Shown: positions 6,811 through 16,348 of the stretch, piece after piece | Layout: each line of letters starts with the position of its first letter | Position numbering within the stretch: the stretch's first letter is position 1 | NCBI RefSeq assembly: GCF_000019605.1 | Contig: NC_010482.1 | Location: 450,001-482,000, forward strand | Length of the DNA: 32,000 bases | Origin: Candidatus Korarchaeum cryptofilum OPF8 | Lineage (GTDB): Archaea > Korarchaeota > Korarchaeia > Korarchaeales > Korarchaeaceae | Direction: 5' to 3' | Translations under genes and position numbers: made by a program | Notes under the pieces: model-generated | The model's input: only the letters and a program-made list of their open reading frames with translations | Databases searched by the model: none | Told to the model about the DNA's origin: nothing

Positions 6811-9612
6811 TCAATCACCCCTCAAACCGCTGTAGAGGAGCCTGCACGACTTGAATAGATTCAGGAAGAAGGGTTCCTCTCCATCGCGATCACGCCTCCT
6901 GACTCCCTCATATCTCTTTATATACTCCATTATCTCCCTCAGGATATCTTCCCTCCTCTCTCCTCTCTGTATGTGTCTCCCTATCATGTACTCGATGACC
7001 TTATCGAAGATCTCCATCTTCCCCATGCTCCAAGCCCTCTCAGCGGTCTCCATGAAGTTACCTCGGGAAGCTTCATAGAGTAAGCTAACTGAGATATCCC
7101 CGGACCTGATCTTCCCGATGAGATCGTCCAGGAATCGGAGGTCCACCGGAGATAGCCCGGGATCCCTCAGGGAGAGAGGGAGTATAGAGCTCTCCGAGGA
7201 TCCTCTAGCTGAATAAGTTATGATCAGAGAATCCTTCTTCCTCTCCCTCCCATCTACCCAAACGGAGCCCTTAGCTACCTCTAGCTTAAGTGAGGAATCG
7301 CTCACCACGGCGTAAAGCGGATACCTGTAATGCGTGATGTAGAGGGAGTAACTCCTCCCAGCGTCTCCCATAGATGGTATCAAGTAATTGCCTAGCTTGT
7401 GGAACCGACCGGATCCATCGAGACCACTGTAGCCACGCCTGCTCCCATCGATTATCCTGATCGCTGAACTCACGGGAGCTATTGAGAGTAGATCGTCACC
7501 TCCCGCGTATATGACGATGCCATTGTTGTCCTCGATTTGCTTTATATCCCTGAGAGCAGATATTATGAGGGCCCTAGAGATCGAGACGTGATAAGATAGA
7601 CTCACTGGAATCTTCCTGCTCGATATAATTTCATTTAAGAATTCCTTGGTCTTACGTAAGTTCTCCTCATTGAGATTCTCCTCCTTCGCTATATCTTTCA
7701 ACTTCTCATAATCAGAATCCATGATCCTCAGTACTACCTCCCTGGATTTCCCCTCGAATGAGCTCACTATGTAATCCTTCACATCGATCCCGATTACTCC
7801 TACTTCTCCACTTAGGATACTCCCCATGTCATCCCCATCTGCCCTTATTAACGCGTAATACATCCCTATAGGAGGTATAACGATGCCTTTTTCCTCCAAA
7901 TACCTTCTCAATTCAGACCAGAGCTTCCTCTTCTCCTTCCCAAGTATAGCTACTTCGGACTCCGCCAATAGAAAGCCTAGGAGCCCCCTCTTCAGATCCG
8001 GATCTATACTAGATTCCCCTATCTCCTCGAACTTCCTCAATTGGTATTTCCAGGCGAGGACTCTCTCCTCATACTGGGACTCTAGAACTCTTCCCATCAA
8101 CTCCCTGATCTTCCCATCCTTCCAAAGCTTATCTAAAGACGGAAGATCTCTTAAGAAGCCATCCTTGAACTCAAAAGTAGCTATATCGGCGAGGGATGGG
8201 TAAGATATCTTCACATCTCCCCCGTACCCTAGGATCCTGCGGAGCACAGGACCTGGCCTGCGGGAGAAGATCCTCTTCATCAAGCAATACGGGCAGAGCC
8301 TCTCTCCCTCCTCCAAGAACTCATCGGAGGCCCTTCCATCCCACCGTACTATAGCAGGGAGCTTCCCGCACATCGTACAGTAATCGAAGCCCCTCTTACT
8401 ATCAGCTAGGGAGCCCTTACCATCGAATATCTCCCTCGTGATCTCTGTTAGAGGGAGCATGCAAGCAGGATTCACCTTTAGGAGCTTTTTCTTCCTATTC
8501 TCATTCATCAGGGATTCGAATGCTTTCGCATAGACATTATCTCCGCCCTTCGAAGTATCCACGCGAACTGAGGATATTCTCATTGAGAAAGGAGGCACTT
8601 CCATGAACCCATAACGCATTTCCCTCTCTAGATCCCTGGACAGGGGTACATCGAGCTCCATTATACCCTCACAGAACTCCTTCCATTTCCTCCTGAAGCT
8701 CTCCTCAACGAGCACCTCGGCATCCGAGATGAATGAAGGCAGGACTAAAGTCATAGATCCGGGGATTACTGCGAACCTAGGAAAGGAAAATCTCTCGCAT
8801 AAGATCTCCTCAAATCCTTCTATCTTGATGATTTTCAAGTAATCTCCTATCGCTTGAACTCTGTTAGTGAGATCACAGTAGAAGAATGGGTTGAACCTGC
8901 ATGATGGTGTCAGCACGACATCAGGCCCATATCTGATGAGATTTAGCACCGTGCTCCAGAGGAGGGCTGAAATGATGTAACTTGATGCCCATAGATCCCT
9001 CAATCTCCTCGATTGTGCTATGAAGTCCTGGACGCCAGCTATATCTATGTGGAGGAGAAGGCCCCCTCCCTCATATGTCCAGTTCAGAGCGGTAGCTGTC
9101 GCGTAGAGGTGATCGAAAACCGTGTGAGTAGGTATCCTGGTATCTGCTGGGCCTGATGGGAGGCCCTTAGCAATCCATATGAGCTCATATAGGCCGAAGA
9201 GAGCGAGGTAAGCTTCTTCTACATTTTCAGTCTTCTTGAGCACACCATTTAATTCTCTCATGACTTCCTCTACTTTATCCTTCCCTAAATCGACTTGTAT
9301 TGAGTGCTCTATCCTCGGGTTTATCGGATTCTTCAATTTTATGGACTTCTCCGGGAAGGCGCCTCTCTTATCCCCTATGAGCTCCCCGAGCAGGACCCTA
9401 TCGACCGAGGCAGCGAGTCTATCCGCCTCCCTTACCCTTTCATCGGATAGCATCTCCCCCGCTTCACTCAGGGGAGTCCCGTCTAAAGCTATATGAGCGA
9501 GCTCCTCAGCCCATTTCTCATGCTTCTCTCCCCTCACCAAGCACCATGCTTTGTCAGGAGGGTCATGGAATAATGCCGCTGTCTTCAGGAGGATTAGCTC
9601 GCGTAAGTCCAT
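6811..9612 (-). CDS. cas10: Cas10 / Cmr2 large subunit (933 aa) with an HD motif, a Zn-finger and a GGDD cyclase palm.
   Basis: The N-terminal ALFHDPPDKAW is the Cmr2 HD signature. CTMCGK...CPYCLMKR is a treble-clef Cys4, IRADGDDMG is palm 1, and VIYAGGDDLLSIAP is the GGDD motif. Confidence 0.95.
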   Translation of the reverse strand: MDLRELILLKTAALFHDPPDKAWCLVRGEKHEKWAEELAHIALDGTPLSEAGEMLSDERVREADRLAASVDRVLLGELIGDKRGAFPEKSIKLKNPINPRIEHSIQVDLGKDKVEEVMRELNGVLKKTENVEEAYLALFGLYELIWIAKGLPSGPADTRIPTHTVFDHLYATATALNWTYEGGGLLLHIDIAGVQDFIAQSRRLRDLWASSYIISALLWSTVLNLIRYGPDVVLTPSCRFNPFFYCDLTNRVQAIGDYLKIIKIEGFEEILCERFSFPRFAVIPGSMTLVLPSFISDAEVLVEESFRRKWKEFCEGIMELDVPLSRDLEREMRYGFMEVPPFSMRISSVRVDTSKGGDNVYAKAFESLMNENRKKKLLKVNPACMLPLTEITREIFDGKGSLADSKRGFDYCTMCGKLPAIVRWDGRASDEFLEEGERLCPYCLMKRIFSRRPGPVLRRILGYGGDVKISYPSLADIATFEFKDGFLRDLPSLDKLWKDGKIRELMGRVLESQYEERVLAWKYQLRKFEEIGESSIDPDLKRGLLGFLLAESEVAILGKEKRKLWSELRRYLEEKGIVIPPIGMYYALIRADGDDMGSILSGEVGVIGIDVKDYIVSSFEGKSREVVLRIMDSDYEKLKDIAKEENLNEENLRKTKEFLNEIISSRKIPVSLSYHVSISRALIISALRDIKQIEDNNGIVIYAGGDDLLSIAPVSSAIRIIDGSRRGYSGLDGSGRFHKLGNYLIPSMGDAGRSYSLYITHYRYPLYAVVSDSSLKLEVAKGSVWVDGRERKKDSLIITYSARGSSESSILPLSLRDPGLSPVDLRFLDDLIGKIRSGDISVSLLYEASRGNFMETAERAWSMGKMEIFDKVIEYMIGRHIQRGERREDILREIMEYIKRYEGVRRRDRDGEEPFFLNLFKSCRLLYSGLRGD

Positions 9613-9614
9613 AA

Positions 9615-10091
9615 TTAACCCTCCGATGGTAGCGTAGCTTCAGCCAGTCTCTTTATCTCGAGGAGATATGGTATTAGGAGTGGAACTAGGGGCCTATCCA
9701 ATCCTTCAAGTGCCTTAATACATGAGAGGGGGTCTCTGAGATCCAAGTTCTTATCCGGTACGAGCCTGCTGATCTCGAGGAGGAGGAGGTGGAGGTAGGC
9801 AGCATAACCCCCTTCCTTTGAGTTAAGTCTTTTCAGATCTTTAGTATCTCCTTTCAAGCAATTTAAGAGAATAGCGTAAGTCCTCTCGGTAGCGTCATCT
9901 GTCTTAGCGTATATGAAACTCAGGCCGGATATCAACCCGACCTCGTAGAGGAAAGAAGGGGTCTCTCTGGCTCTGGATCTGAAGGACTTACCGAAATCTA
10001 CTATGTTCCCATCCAGGTAAAGCTTATATATCAGCTCAAAATCCCTCAAAGCTCTACCCTGAGGGCTGATCGCCTCCTTCTCTCCCATCAC
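9615..10091 (-). CDS. cmr5: Type III-B small subunit Cmr5 (Cas11 family).
   Basis: It is a 158-aa protein with helical-looking composition. It sits between cmr4 and cas10, with a 4-nt overlap to cmr4 and a 2-nt gap to cas10. Confidence 0.7.
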   Translation of the reverse strand: MMGEKEAISPQGRALRDFELIYKLYLDGNIVDFGKSFRSRARETPSFLYEVGLISGLSFIYAKTDDATERTYAILLNCLKGDTKDLKRLNSKEGGYAAYLHLLLLEISRLVPDKNLDLRDPLSCIKALEGLDRPLVPLLIPYLLEIKRLAEATLPSEG

Positions 10092-11005
10092 TCCACCTCC
10101 CTGAGCATCACGATCCCCCTTCCGACGCTCTCATCCCCTCCTATTATCAAGTACTTGACCTCCTTCAGTAAAGCATCTATGGGATCCTTCAGATCCTCTC
10201 GCTCCCCCTCCACTGCTTTCTTCAGGACGTCCCTCATATACTCGTAGCTATATCCGAGGAATACTGTTGAGAATAGGGCCCCAGTCGGGATGGCCTCCTC
10301 AGTCCATAGGCCTCCTCCAGCCACCGTCTTCGTCTCCCTATTCACTCTTATCCTCGTGATCCTTAGGAGGGATCTTTCGATGAGTTCCTTAGCCCTATCG
10401 TCATCTAAAGATATCAAGCTCTCACTATCGTCGAGGCCCATTAGTTTCCTGAGATAATCCATATCATCTCTCTCCTCTATAAGTTCCCTATCGATGCCTA
10501 TCTCCTCGCAGAGGAAGGCCTTTCCAAGCCCATCTACTACATGCTTTTCAATGAAGCCTTTAGTAGCTGGGAATTTCCCTGATATACTGGCTATGCTCTT
10601 TACTCTCTTCGAGATCTCAACGTACTTCTCATTAAGCACGGAGGCCATCTCTAAGTAACTGGAGAACCTCCTCAAGAGGAAGGGGGATGTGATATTCGTG
10701 TAGATACCTTTCAGACTCCTAACGGGGAATGAGAGGAGGTAAGATGTCGTTATCGCTATTGGAGATAGATATTTCTCCTCCTCATCAGGCTCTGGTCCCA
10801 GAAGAGCCATCAAGTTCTTATCCCTGTGATACAGGGCCGTCTTTATGGATCCCTTTATGCTAGATCCGTATATCACTGGAAAACCGACACTATCTCTCTG
10901 GACAGCTAGATCGACAATCTCCCCTCCTCTCCCAGTTCCAGGGTGAATGTCGCTCAGGCATTTTATGATGACAACTTTTGCAAATTTGTAGGGTTCAAAG
11001 GACAA
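10088..11005 (-). CDS. cmr4: Type III-B backbone RAMP Cmr4 (target-RNA cleaving subunit).
   Basis: IHPGTGRGGEIVDLAVQRDSVGFPVIYGSSIKGSIK parallels the Cmr4 N-terminus, including the catalytic Asp in VD..(I/V)QR. The start is TTG, preceded by GGGAGGT. Confidence 0.85.
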   Translation of the reverse strand: MSFEPYKFAKVVIIKCLSDIHPGTGRGGEIVDLAVQRDSVGFPVIYGSSIKGSIKTALYHRDKNLMALLGPEPDEEEKYLSPIAITTSYLLSFPVRSLKGIYTNITSPFLLRRFSSYLEMASVLNEKYVEISKRVKSIASISGKFPATKGFIEKHVVDGLGKAFLCEEIGIDRELIEERDDMDYLRKLMGLDDSESLISLDDDRAKELIERSLLRITRIRVNRETKTVAGGGLWTEEAIPTGALFSTVFLGYSYEYMRDVLKKAVEGEREDLKDPIDALLKEVKYLIIGGDESVGRGIVMLREVE

Positions 11006-11040
11006 TATCTCAACCTCCCTACCGGCGGATAGAGGAGAAT

Positions 11041-11057
11041 CGAAAAAATTTAAGCTT
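11041..11057 (-). promoter_or_regulatory. Candidate TATA-like element for the cmr operon.
   Basis: The minus strand reads AAGCTTAAATTTTTTCG about 44 nt upstream of the cmr4 TTG start, within a 278-bp intergenic region. Confidence 0.3.
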
Positions 11058-11283
11058 TGCGATCCCCGCTCATGCCTAAAATGAGTCCGACATTATTTTC
11101 AGAGACTGGAAGGAATTTATGCCCTAAAACATCAATCAGGTAGGTTCTCTCGCAGTACTCTGCGCTCGTAAGTAACCCGGTCCATAGAGAAGGGAGTCTC
11201 GCTATCCTTTGATGAGAAATTTAGTAGAGATATCAGCGATATGGGTAGCTGAACACGTTAAATATCTTTTTTGCGGATTTTAC

Positions 11284-12021
11284 TCACATTATCTCGCTCA
11301 GGAACTCGAGAATCTTCCTCCCGTACTCCGTGGGTATCGTCCTTCCCCCGCTCACTTGTACGAGGCCGAGCTGCTCCATTAAAACTGCCATGTTGAACCT
11401 CACCTCATCTCTCTTAGCCCCCCTCAGTACTTTCACAGCTTCCTCCAGGACCTCAGCGGGATATGGGATAGATGGAAGCCTTATGACACTGTATTCCGTT
11501 CTGGGGGGCCACATGAGTTCTTCGAACTCCTCTACAGATCTGTAGAAGGATAAGGGATCGCTAGCTTCATACAGCTCCTTTATCTTCTCCCTCAGGCTCT
11601 CCAGTAGCACATTAGCCACTCTCACGTCCCTGGCTACTACATGATACACGCCGCTCAATGGGAAGAAGAGGCTCATCATCGCCAGCTCCAAGCTCATGAC
11701 CTTCCTACCTCCGGATATGAGGAGGTATAAGCGGTATTTTCTCAGATCCGGGATCAATTTAGCTACTCTCATGAGGAAATCGAAGGCCCTCTCCTCATTA
11801 TCCACATCCTGGTACGGGAAGACCTCAGTATCCACCCTTATCCTGGGATATTTAGATTTCACAGCTACTTCAACGAGCTTGGATCCAGCCAGAACGTCTC
11901 TCTCTTCAGTGGAGAGCAGTACTATCCTCCTAACATCCTCCCCTTCCGATATTAAGTACTGGAGGAACTCGGTCACGACAGGAGGGGAGAGGCCCATAGT
12001 CGCAACTATAGCTGCTTGCAT
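11284..12021 (-). CDS. CARF-domain protein with a C-terminal winged-helix-like region (Csa3 / Csx14(NE0113)-like putative cOA-sensing regulator).
   Basis: The N-terminal VATMGLSPPVVTEFLQYL and LLISGGRKVMS are CARF hallmarks. The C-terminus AVLMEQLGLVQVSGGRTIPTEYGRKILEFL looks wHTH-like. The gene is divergent from csx1. Confidence 0.65.
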   Translation of the reverse strand: MQAAIVATMGLSPPVVTEFLQYLISEGEDVRRIVLLSTEERDVLAGSKLVEVAVKSKYPRIRVDTEVFPYQDVDNEERAFDFLMRVAKLIPDLRKYRLYLLISGGRKVMSLELAMMSLFFPLSGVYHVVARDVRVANVLLESLREKIKELYEASDPLSFYRSVEEFEELMWPPRTEYSVIRLPSIPYPAEVLEEAVKVLRGAKRDEVRFNMAVLMEQLGLVQVSGGRTIPTEYGRKILEFLSEIM

Positions 12022-12187
12022 CTGAATTACGATCTAGCGGGACATATAACCTTTTGGGGGATCTATCTTGCTACCGCTCTAACCGAGGGGAATGTTTCTC
12101 ATCTTAGCGGAGCTACGGGAATCTGTTAATAGAATTTTTCAATCACACCACTACGCTTTTATTATTAACATGCCCAAATGCTGCGAT
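12022..12187. promoter_or_regulatory. Divergent promoter region for the two CARF genes.
   Basis: CTTTTATTATTAA (12155-12168) is centred about 27 nt before the ATG at 12188. On the minus strand, TTATATG (12043-12049) is centred about 25 nt before the ATG at 12021. Both spacings fit leaderless archaeal transcripts. Confidence 0.45.
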
Positions 12188-13588
12188 ATGAGTGAGCGGA
12201 TTTGCATCGCTACATGGGGGAACCCCCAGGAGTGGAAGTTCGCCGAGTATTACTCAGAGGATCAACCTCAGAGGAGAGTACGCGCCTTCTCCACCCTCAA
12301 TATCCTCCATGAGATCGAGCAACCTTCGAAGACGATTATAATAGCCCTCGACACATTGGCAGACCCGGATAAGCTGGAGGAGTGCGGATCCGATTATAGC
12401 TGCATCGAGGCGAATGTCAGGGAGAAGATTGGAAAATACTTGTGCGGGATTGAGGCAGAGATTGTAGTGCTTCCTGGAGTCTTCTCGAAGAGGGAATCTG
12501 GAAGACAAATAATCTTCAGATCAGATCCCCAAAAGGAATTTTTACCTCTCCTAATTTATGAGCTTTACGACAGGCTGCTGAATGTGGACGGCGAATTGGA
12601 GGTGGTGCTCGATATAAGCCACGGTATAAATTTCATGCCGACTCTCGCCTATAGAGCGGTTACCGAGGTAGCAGCAGCTTTAGCGGTTGCGAGAGCAGAA
12701 CAGGTGAAACTGAGGGTTTATCAAGCTGATCCATACCCATCGTTACCTCGTGAGATCGGAAATAGACTTGCTAGAAGCGATGATCTGTGCAAGCCTGCAT
12801 CTGAGGATGAACCGCCGAGTTTACGTTACAATAAGATCGCTGAGGCTACTTTCAAGCTCTGGGATCTATCCCGTTATGTGGCTCATTATAGTGAGAGGAG
12901 GCTACTGACAGCTCCAAAGGATTATGACTTTGGCAACTCAGACGAGCTTTTGGAGAAAGCCTTACTACTTCTTGGTGCTTATAGGCTGGGTGCCCTCCTA
13001 CAATTGGGTCTACTAGCTAAAACTACTCACATAGAGGATTTAGAGCGGGTTATGAGGAAAGCAGTAGAGTTCTGGAGAAGGAAGAGGAGAGTAGTCAGAG
13101 AGATCAATGGTTTAAAGTTGGAGAGTGATAAGAAGTTCCTGACCGGCTTTTACTTACTATTACATGGGCATGCCGTGCTCAGAGGAGCAAAGAAGCTACT
13201 GTCTGAGAGCGAATCCGCCAGCCTAGATGAAGCTATCGTTACTTTTAAGGAGATCAACGAACTAAAGAAACTCCTAGAAGGCTCCAAGGTTGTGACAATA
13301 CTCGTGGATAGGGAGATTTCCAAACTTGATAATAAGGTTCGAAAATCAGGTAATATAATTAACGATTGGACATTGTATACGGATATACTGGAGAAGCCAG
13401 AGGAGAAATCAGATGGAGAGCCCCAGCGGGAGAGGGAAGATATGGAGATATTTAAGAGGAACTTCATAGCTCATGCAGGATTCCACGATGAAGTTGTCGA
13501 ACTTAGGATGAGGAATGATATAGAGCTTAGGGTGCGCCCAGGTGAGTGGGATAGAGTGAAGGGAGCTCTTAAGGAAGCGGTGGCATAA
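12188..13588 (+). CDS. csx1: Csx1 family CARF-HEPN ribonuclease.
   Basis: It has MSERICIATWGNPQEW (CARF N-terminus), LDISHGINFMPT and the HEPN R-x4-H motif KRNFIAHAGF near the C-terminus. The ORF is open from 12092, but the TATA position favours the ATG at 12188; an alternative ATG lies at 12170. Confidence 0.85.
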   Translation: MSERICIATWGNPQEWKFAEYYSEDQPQRRVRAFSTLNILHEIEQPSKTIIIALDTLADPDKLEECGSDYSCIEANVREKIGKYLCGIEAEIVVLPGVFSKRESGRQIIFRSDPQKEFLPLLIYELYDRLLNVDGELEVVLDISHGINFMPTLAYRAVTEVAAALAVARAEQVKLRVYQADPYPSLPREIGNRLARSDDLCKPASEDEPPSLRYNKIAEATFKLWDLSRYVAHYSERRLLTAPKDYDFGNSDELLEKALLLLGAYRLGALLQLGLLAKTTHIEDLERVMRKAVEFWRRKRRVVREINGLKLESDKKFLTGFYLLLHGHAVLRGAKKLLSESESASLDEAIVTFKEINELKKLLEGSKVVTILVDREISKLDNKVRKSGNIINDWTLYTDILEKPEEKSDGEPQREREDMEIFKRNFIAHAGFHDEVVELRMRNDIELRVRPGEWDRVKGALKEAVA

Positions 13589-13830
13589 AGATAATCTCCA
13601 TGCAATCTCATGCTTCGCATACTACCTTTCACTAGGGCTATAATCTCAAATTCCCTGACTGATCTACCTTTCTAAGATTTTCAGTTCATCATGCTCAAAT
13701 TATATTGAATTTGTCTGAATTAAGCTCACTCAATGATACTCTCGGAGCGAGAGCATCGAAAGGGTATAAAATTCTAAGGAATCTCGGAATAGAGAGGTGA
13801 ACTGAATGAGGAGATTGATCGGTGCAGCTA

Positions 13831-15069
13831 TTAATACTCCGATGGAGATTCGATTAGCCATTTCCACAGGGGAATAAGCTTTATCTCAACCCCATCGACG
13901 TTCCTCACTCCCTCCTCCCCCCTAGTTATTATGACCCCCTCCTTCACTCCCATCTCCTCGGAGCAGGATACCAGCTCCTTGATCTCCCTCTTCTCCGCCC
14001 TGAGTATACCGTAGGAGACCTGTATCATCCTCTCAACTCCGCTCTCATCGAGCAGCAGGAAGTCCACCTCCAGGCCCTCCCTGTTCCTCCAGTACCCTAT
14101 GCTCAGATCTGGCCTCCTCCTCTTTAGCTCTAGGAGAACGGCGTTCTCGAAGAGCCTGCCCATGTCAACGCTCCCCGATGCTGCATACATGAAGCCGGTA
14201 TCTCCGAGATAAGCTTTCCTGGGGTACTTGAGCCCGTCCTTGATGGATCTCGAGAATATGGGGATGAAGAAGAATAGGTAGCTCTCCTGAGATACCCTCT
14301 CCAGCTTGAGTACTGTATCCTTCCCGACCCTGAATCCGAGGTCTTTCAGGAAGTCGTGGCACTTCGAGGCCGTGAAGCGGGGATTCTCAACTACGTACTT
14401 CGAGAACATCTGTGTAAGAGCAGCATCCTCCCCTGCAGCCCCGGCGACTTCGGAGACTATCCTGTCGAAGTAGGAGCTCAGTATCCTCACTTTATCCATA
14501 CTCTCCTCGGATAGAACGACCTCGGGAAGGCCCCCGTAGAGGAGGTACTCCTCGAGAGCCCTCTCGAGCCTCCCTGTACCGCTATTATAATCGGCTTCCA
14601 GGCCCTTGAACTTCAGGAACTCCCTGAATGAGAGGGGATACATCTCACGGACGAGCATCCTCCCCCTGAGGCGCTCGTATGGAGCCATGCTCCTCGATGA
14701 GGTCACTACCATGAAGAGCTTCCCCCTCAGGAGCTCATGCGTTCTGAGGAGCCAGCTTTCCCAGCCATGAGCTTCGGTTATCTCATCCAGGAGGAGGTAC
14801 CCCGAGTACCCGAACCACTTTACCACATCATCCAGAGCCGTCTTAGATCCCCTCATCCTTATGTCCTCTAGGTTTACGTAAGCGGCCCTCTCACCCATCT
14901 TCAACAGCCTCTGCAGGAGCATCATGAGGAGGCTCGACTTCCCGGAACCCCTCATTCCAGTTATCGCGGTTATCTTATCCTCGCTTATCATCTTTAAGAG
15001 ATCTATTTCCCTCTCCCTGAACTCCCTCCTCGCGGCGTAGAGGTTCCACTCCTCGAGCGATGTTCTCAC
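13831..15069 (-). CDS. AAA+ ATPase, COG1373 type with a DUF4143-like C-terminal domain (paralog A).
   Basis: It has Walker A GMRGSGKSSLL and Walker B LLLDEI. The C-terminal EVDFLL...IQVSY...LIPLWKWL is shared with 17490..18749 and 19208..20521. The start is GTG. Confidence 0.8.
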   Translation of the reverse strand: MRTSLEEWNLYAARREFREREIDLLKMISEDKITAITGMRGSGKSSLLMMLLQRLLKMGERAAYVNLEDIRMRGSKTALDDVVKWFGYSGYLLLDEITEAHGWESWLLRTHELLRGKLFMVVTSSRSMAPYERLRGRMLVREMYPLSFREFLKFKGLEADYNSGTGRLERALEEYLLYGGLPEVVLSEESMDKVRILSSYFDRIVSEVAGAAGEDAALTQMFSKYVVENPRFTASKCHDFLKDLGFRVGKDTVLKLERVSQESYLFFFIPIFSRSIKDGLKYPRKAYLGDTGFMYAASGSVDMGRLFENAVLLELKRRRPDLSIGYWRNREGLEVDFLLLDESGVERMIQVSYGILRAEKREIKELVSCSEEMGVKEGVIITRGEEGVRNVDGVEIKLIPLWKWLIESPSEY

Positions 15070-15072
15070 ATT

Positions 15073-15123
15073 CCGTCCTGGTAGAGGACAGAATATAATA
15101 ATTTCTGTCCTACATCAGGACAG
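15073..15123 (-). promoter_or_regulatory. Promoter of paralog A, with two copies of the inverted repeat CTGTCCT-N5-AGGACAG flanking a TATA box.
   Basis: The distal inverted repeat is at 15105-15123. The AT-rich box AATATAATAATTT is at 15092-15104. The proximal inverted repeat is at 15073-15091 (one arm mismatch), ending 4 nt before the GTG start. Confidence 0.6.
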
Positions 15124-15329
15124 CCTCAGTAAATTTATAGGAGATGCTCAAAATATGAGGAGGATCTCTAGAATAGCATCCGTGCTAGGGTCAGGGGAAC
15201 TAACTAAGATTAGGATGAGGCGGGCGCAAGGGCTGGCGAGAGTATAGCTCTATAATGTCGTCGCAGCGAACTCATTCGGGAGAGTAAAATTTTACCAATC
15301 AAAGCTTGTTCCTATGCGTACTCGAAGGT

Positions 15330-16274
15330 CTATGGAAGCTCTCCCCTGTCTATCAACTCTATCACGGGCTTCGCCCTCTCCACAGCTCCATCTATCCAGG
15401 AGTAGCTGTTCGGCTCATCGCTCACTATGAGCAAGTAGTGTAGCTCGAAACTATCCCCCTTCTTCAGCATTCTCTCCTCATTCCCCAGCATGTGTATCTC
15501 TATGTTATCAACGTTGGGGCAGTTGCAGACAGTCGGATGAGCTTTCTGCGACGATCTAATGAGCACTAAGGCTGGGGATCCTCTCACATCACTGAGCGGA
15601 TTCACTAGAGCTATCCATCCGTAGCTCCCGAGGGTATATTCCTTGAGAGCATGCCCCGTCACGCCGCGCATATCGTAGGTTATGAGCCCCTCCTCGGTCT
15701 TAGAGACAGCCGTAGCGTAATAATCCGGATAGTTCATCAGCTCCACCCATATAGCTCCCACTGGGTCAGGTATATCTCTGAGCACCGTAAGATTCGTCTT
15801 CACGTACCTGAAGAGCAAGCCGTCCTCGACCCAGATGTAGTGAGTCGCTGCCGTGACGAAATAATCCCTGAAGCCCCACTCCCCTCTATAGACGATGAGC
15901 TTCCCACTGTCCTTAATAACCTCGAATCTAATCAAGAACTCCCCCTCCGACTCAACCCTATCGGTGAGCCATTTACCGGGGCTGAGCATCAGGAATTGGG
16001 ACCAGTGATGGCCGACCCTCCTTCCGCCGACCACAGGATAGACATCGGAGTTTCCCTGCCACTCATCGGGCTCTATGTACATGAGCATAGTTTCATCGGG
16101 CATCAACCTGACCTCGTAATGAGTAGCTCCAGCTTTAACGAGTCGAAGCTCTCTTTTACCGGTCATTATTTCTCTCTCTTGAGTTCCAGTCCCTTCCTGA
16201 TCTCTTCTCTGGGGTATCGATAAGTAAATCGCAGCTAGGATTAAGAGCAGTATCAGCAGGATCCTCTTCATCAA
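15330..16274 (-). CDS. Hypothetical secreted or membrane-anchored protein (314 aa).
   Basis: The N-terminal MMKRILLILLLILAAIYLSIP looks like a signal peptide or anchor. No family was recognised. Confidence 0.6.
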   Translation of the reverse strand: MMKRILLILLLILAAIYLSIPQRRDQEGTGTQEREIMTGKRELRLVKAGATHYEVRLMPDETMLMYIEPDEWQGNSDVYPVVGGRRVGHHWSQFLMLSPGKWLTDRVESEGEFLIRFEVIKDSGKLIVYRGEWGFRDYFVTAATHYIWVEDGLLFRYVKTNLTVLRDIPDPVGAIWVELMNYPDYYATAVSKTEEGLITYDMRGVTGHALKEYTLGSYGWIALVNPLSDVRGSPALVLIRSSQKAHPTVCNCPNVDNIEIHMLGNEERMLKKGDSFELHYLLIVSDEPNSYSWIDGAVERAKPVIELIDRGELP

Positions 16275-16348
16275 CTGAACCGCCGCCCTGATCCCTATAA
16301 ATATTTCTAAAGGCTGGAGCTCTCACTAGATATGATAGCCGCTGAATA

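Noticed and set aside
3997-9496. Plus-strand ORFs antisense to the cmr genes, and one minus-strand out-of-frame ORF (3997..4194, 4447..4749, 4880..5617, 5526..5750, 5580..5888, 5786..6010, 6350..6586, 6851..7078, 7883..8203, 9236..9496).
   Set aside because: Each lies entirely within or across strongly motif-supported Cmr/Cas10 genes and has a low-complexity Ser/Pro/Leu-rich translation. These are typical shadow ORFs.
13630-13700. A possible C/D-box sRNA (ATGATGA on the minus strand near 13685-13692). Similar weak UGAUGA/CUGA-like strings occur in other intergenic regions (about 19128-19140 and 24140-24180).
   Set aside because: I found no properly spaced C/D'/C'/D arrangement or terminal stem. 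CUGA follows the C-like box immediately, so there is not enough support to call an RNA gene.
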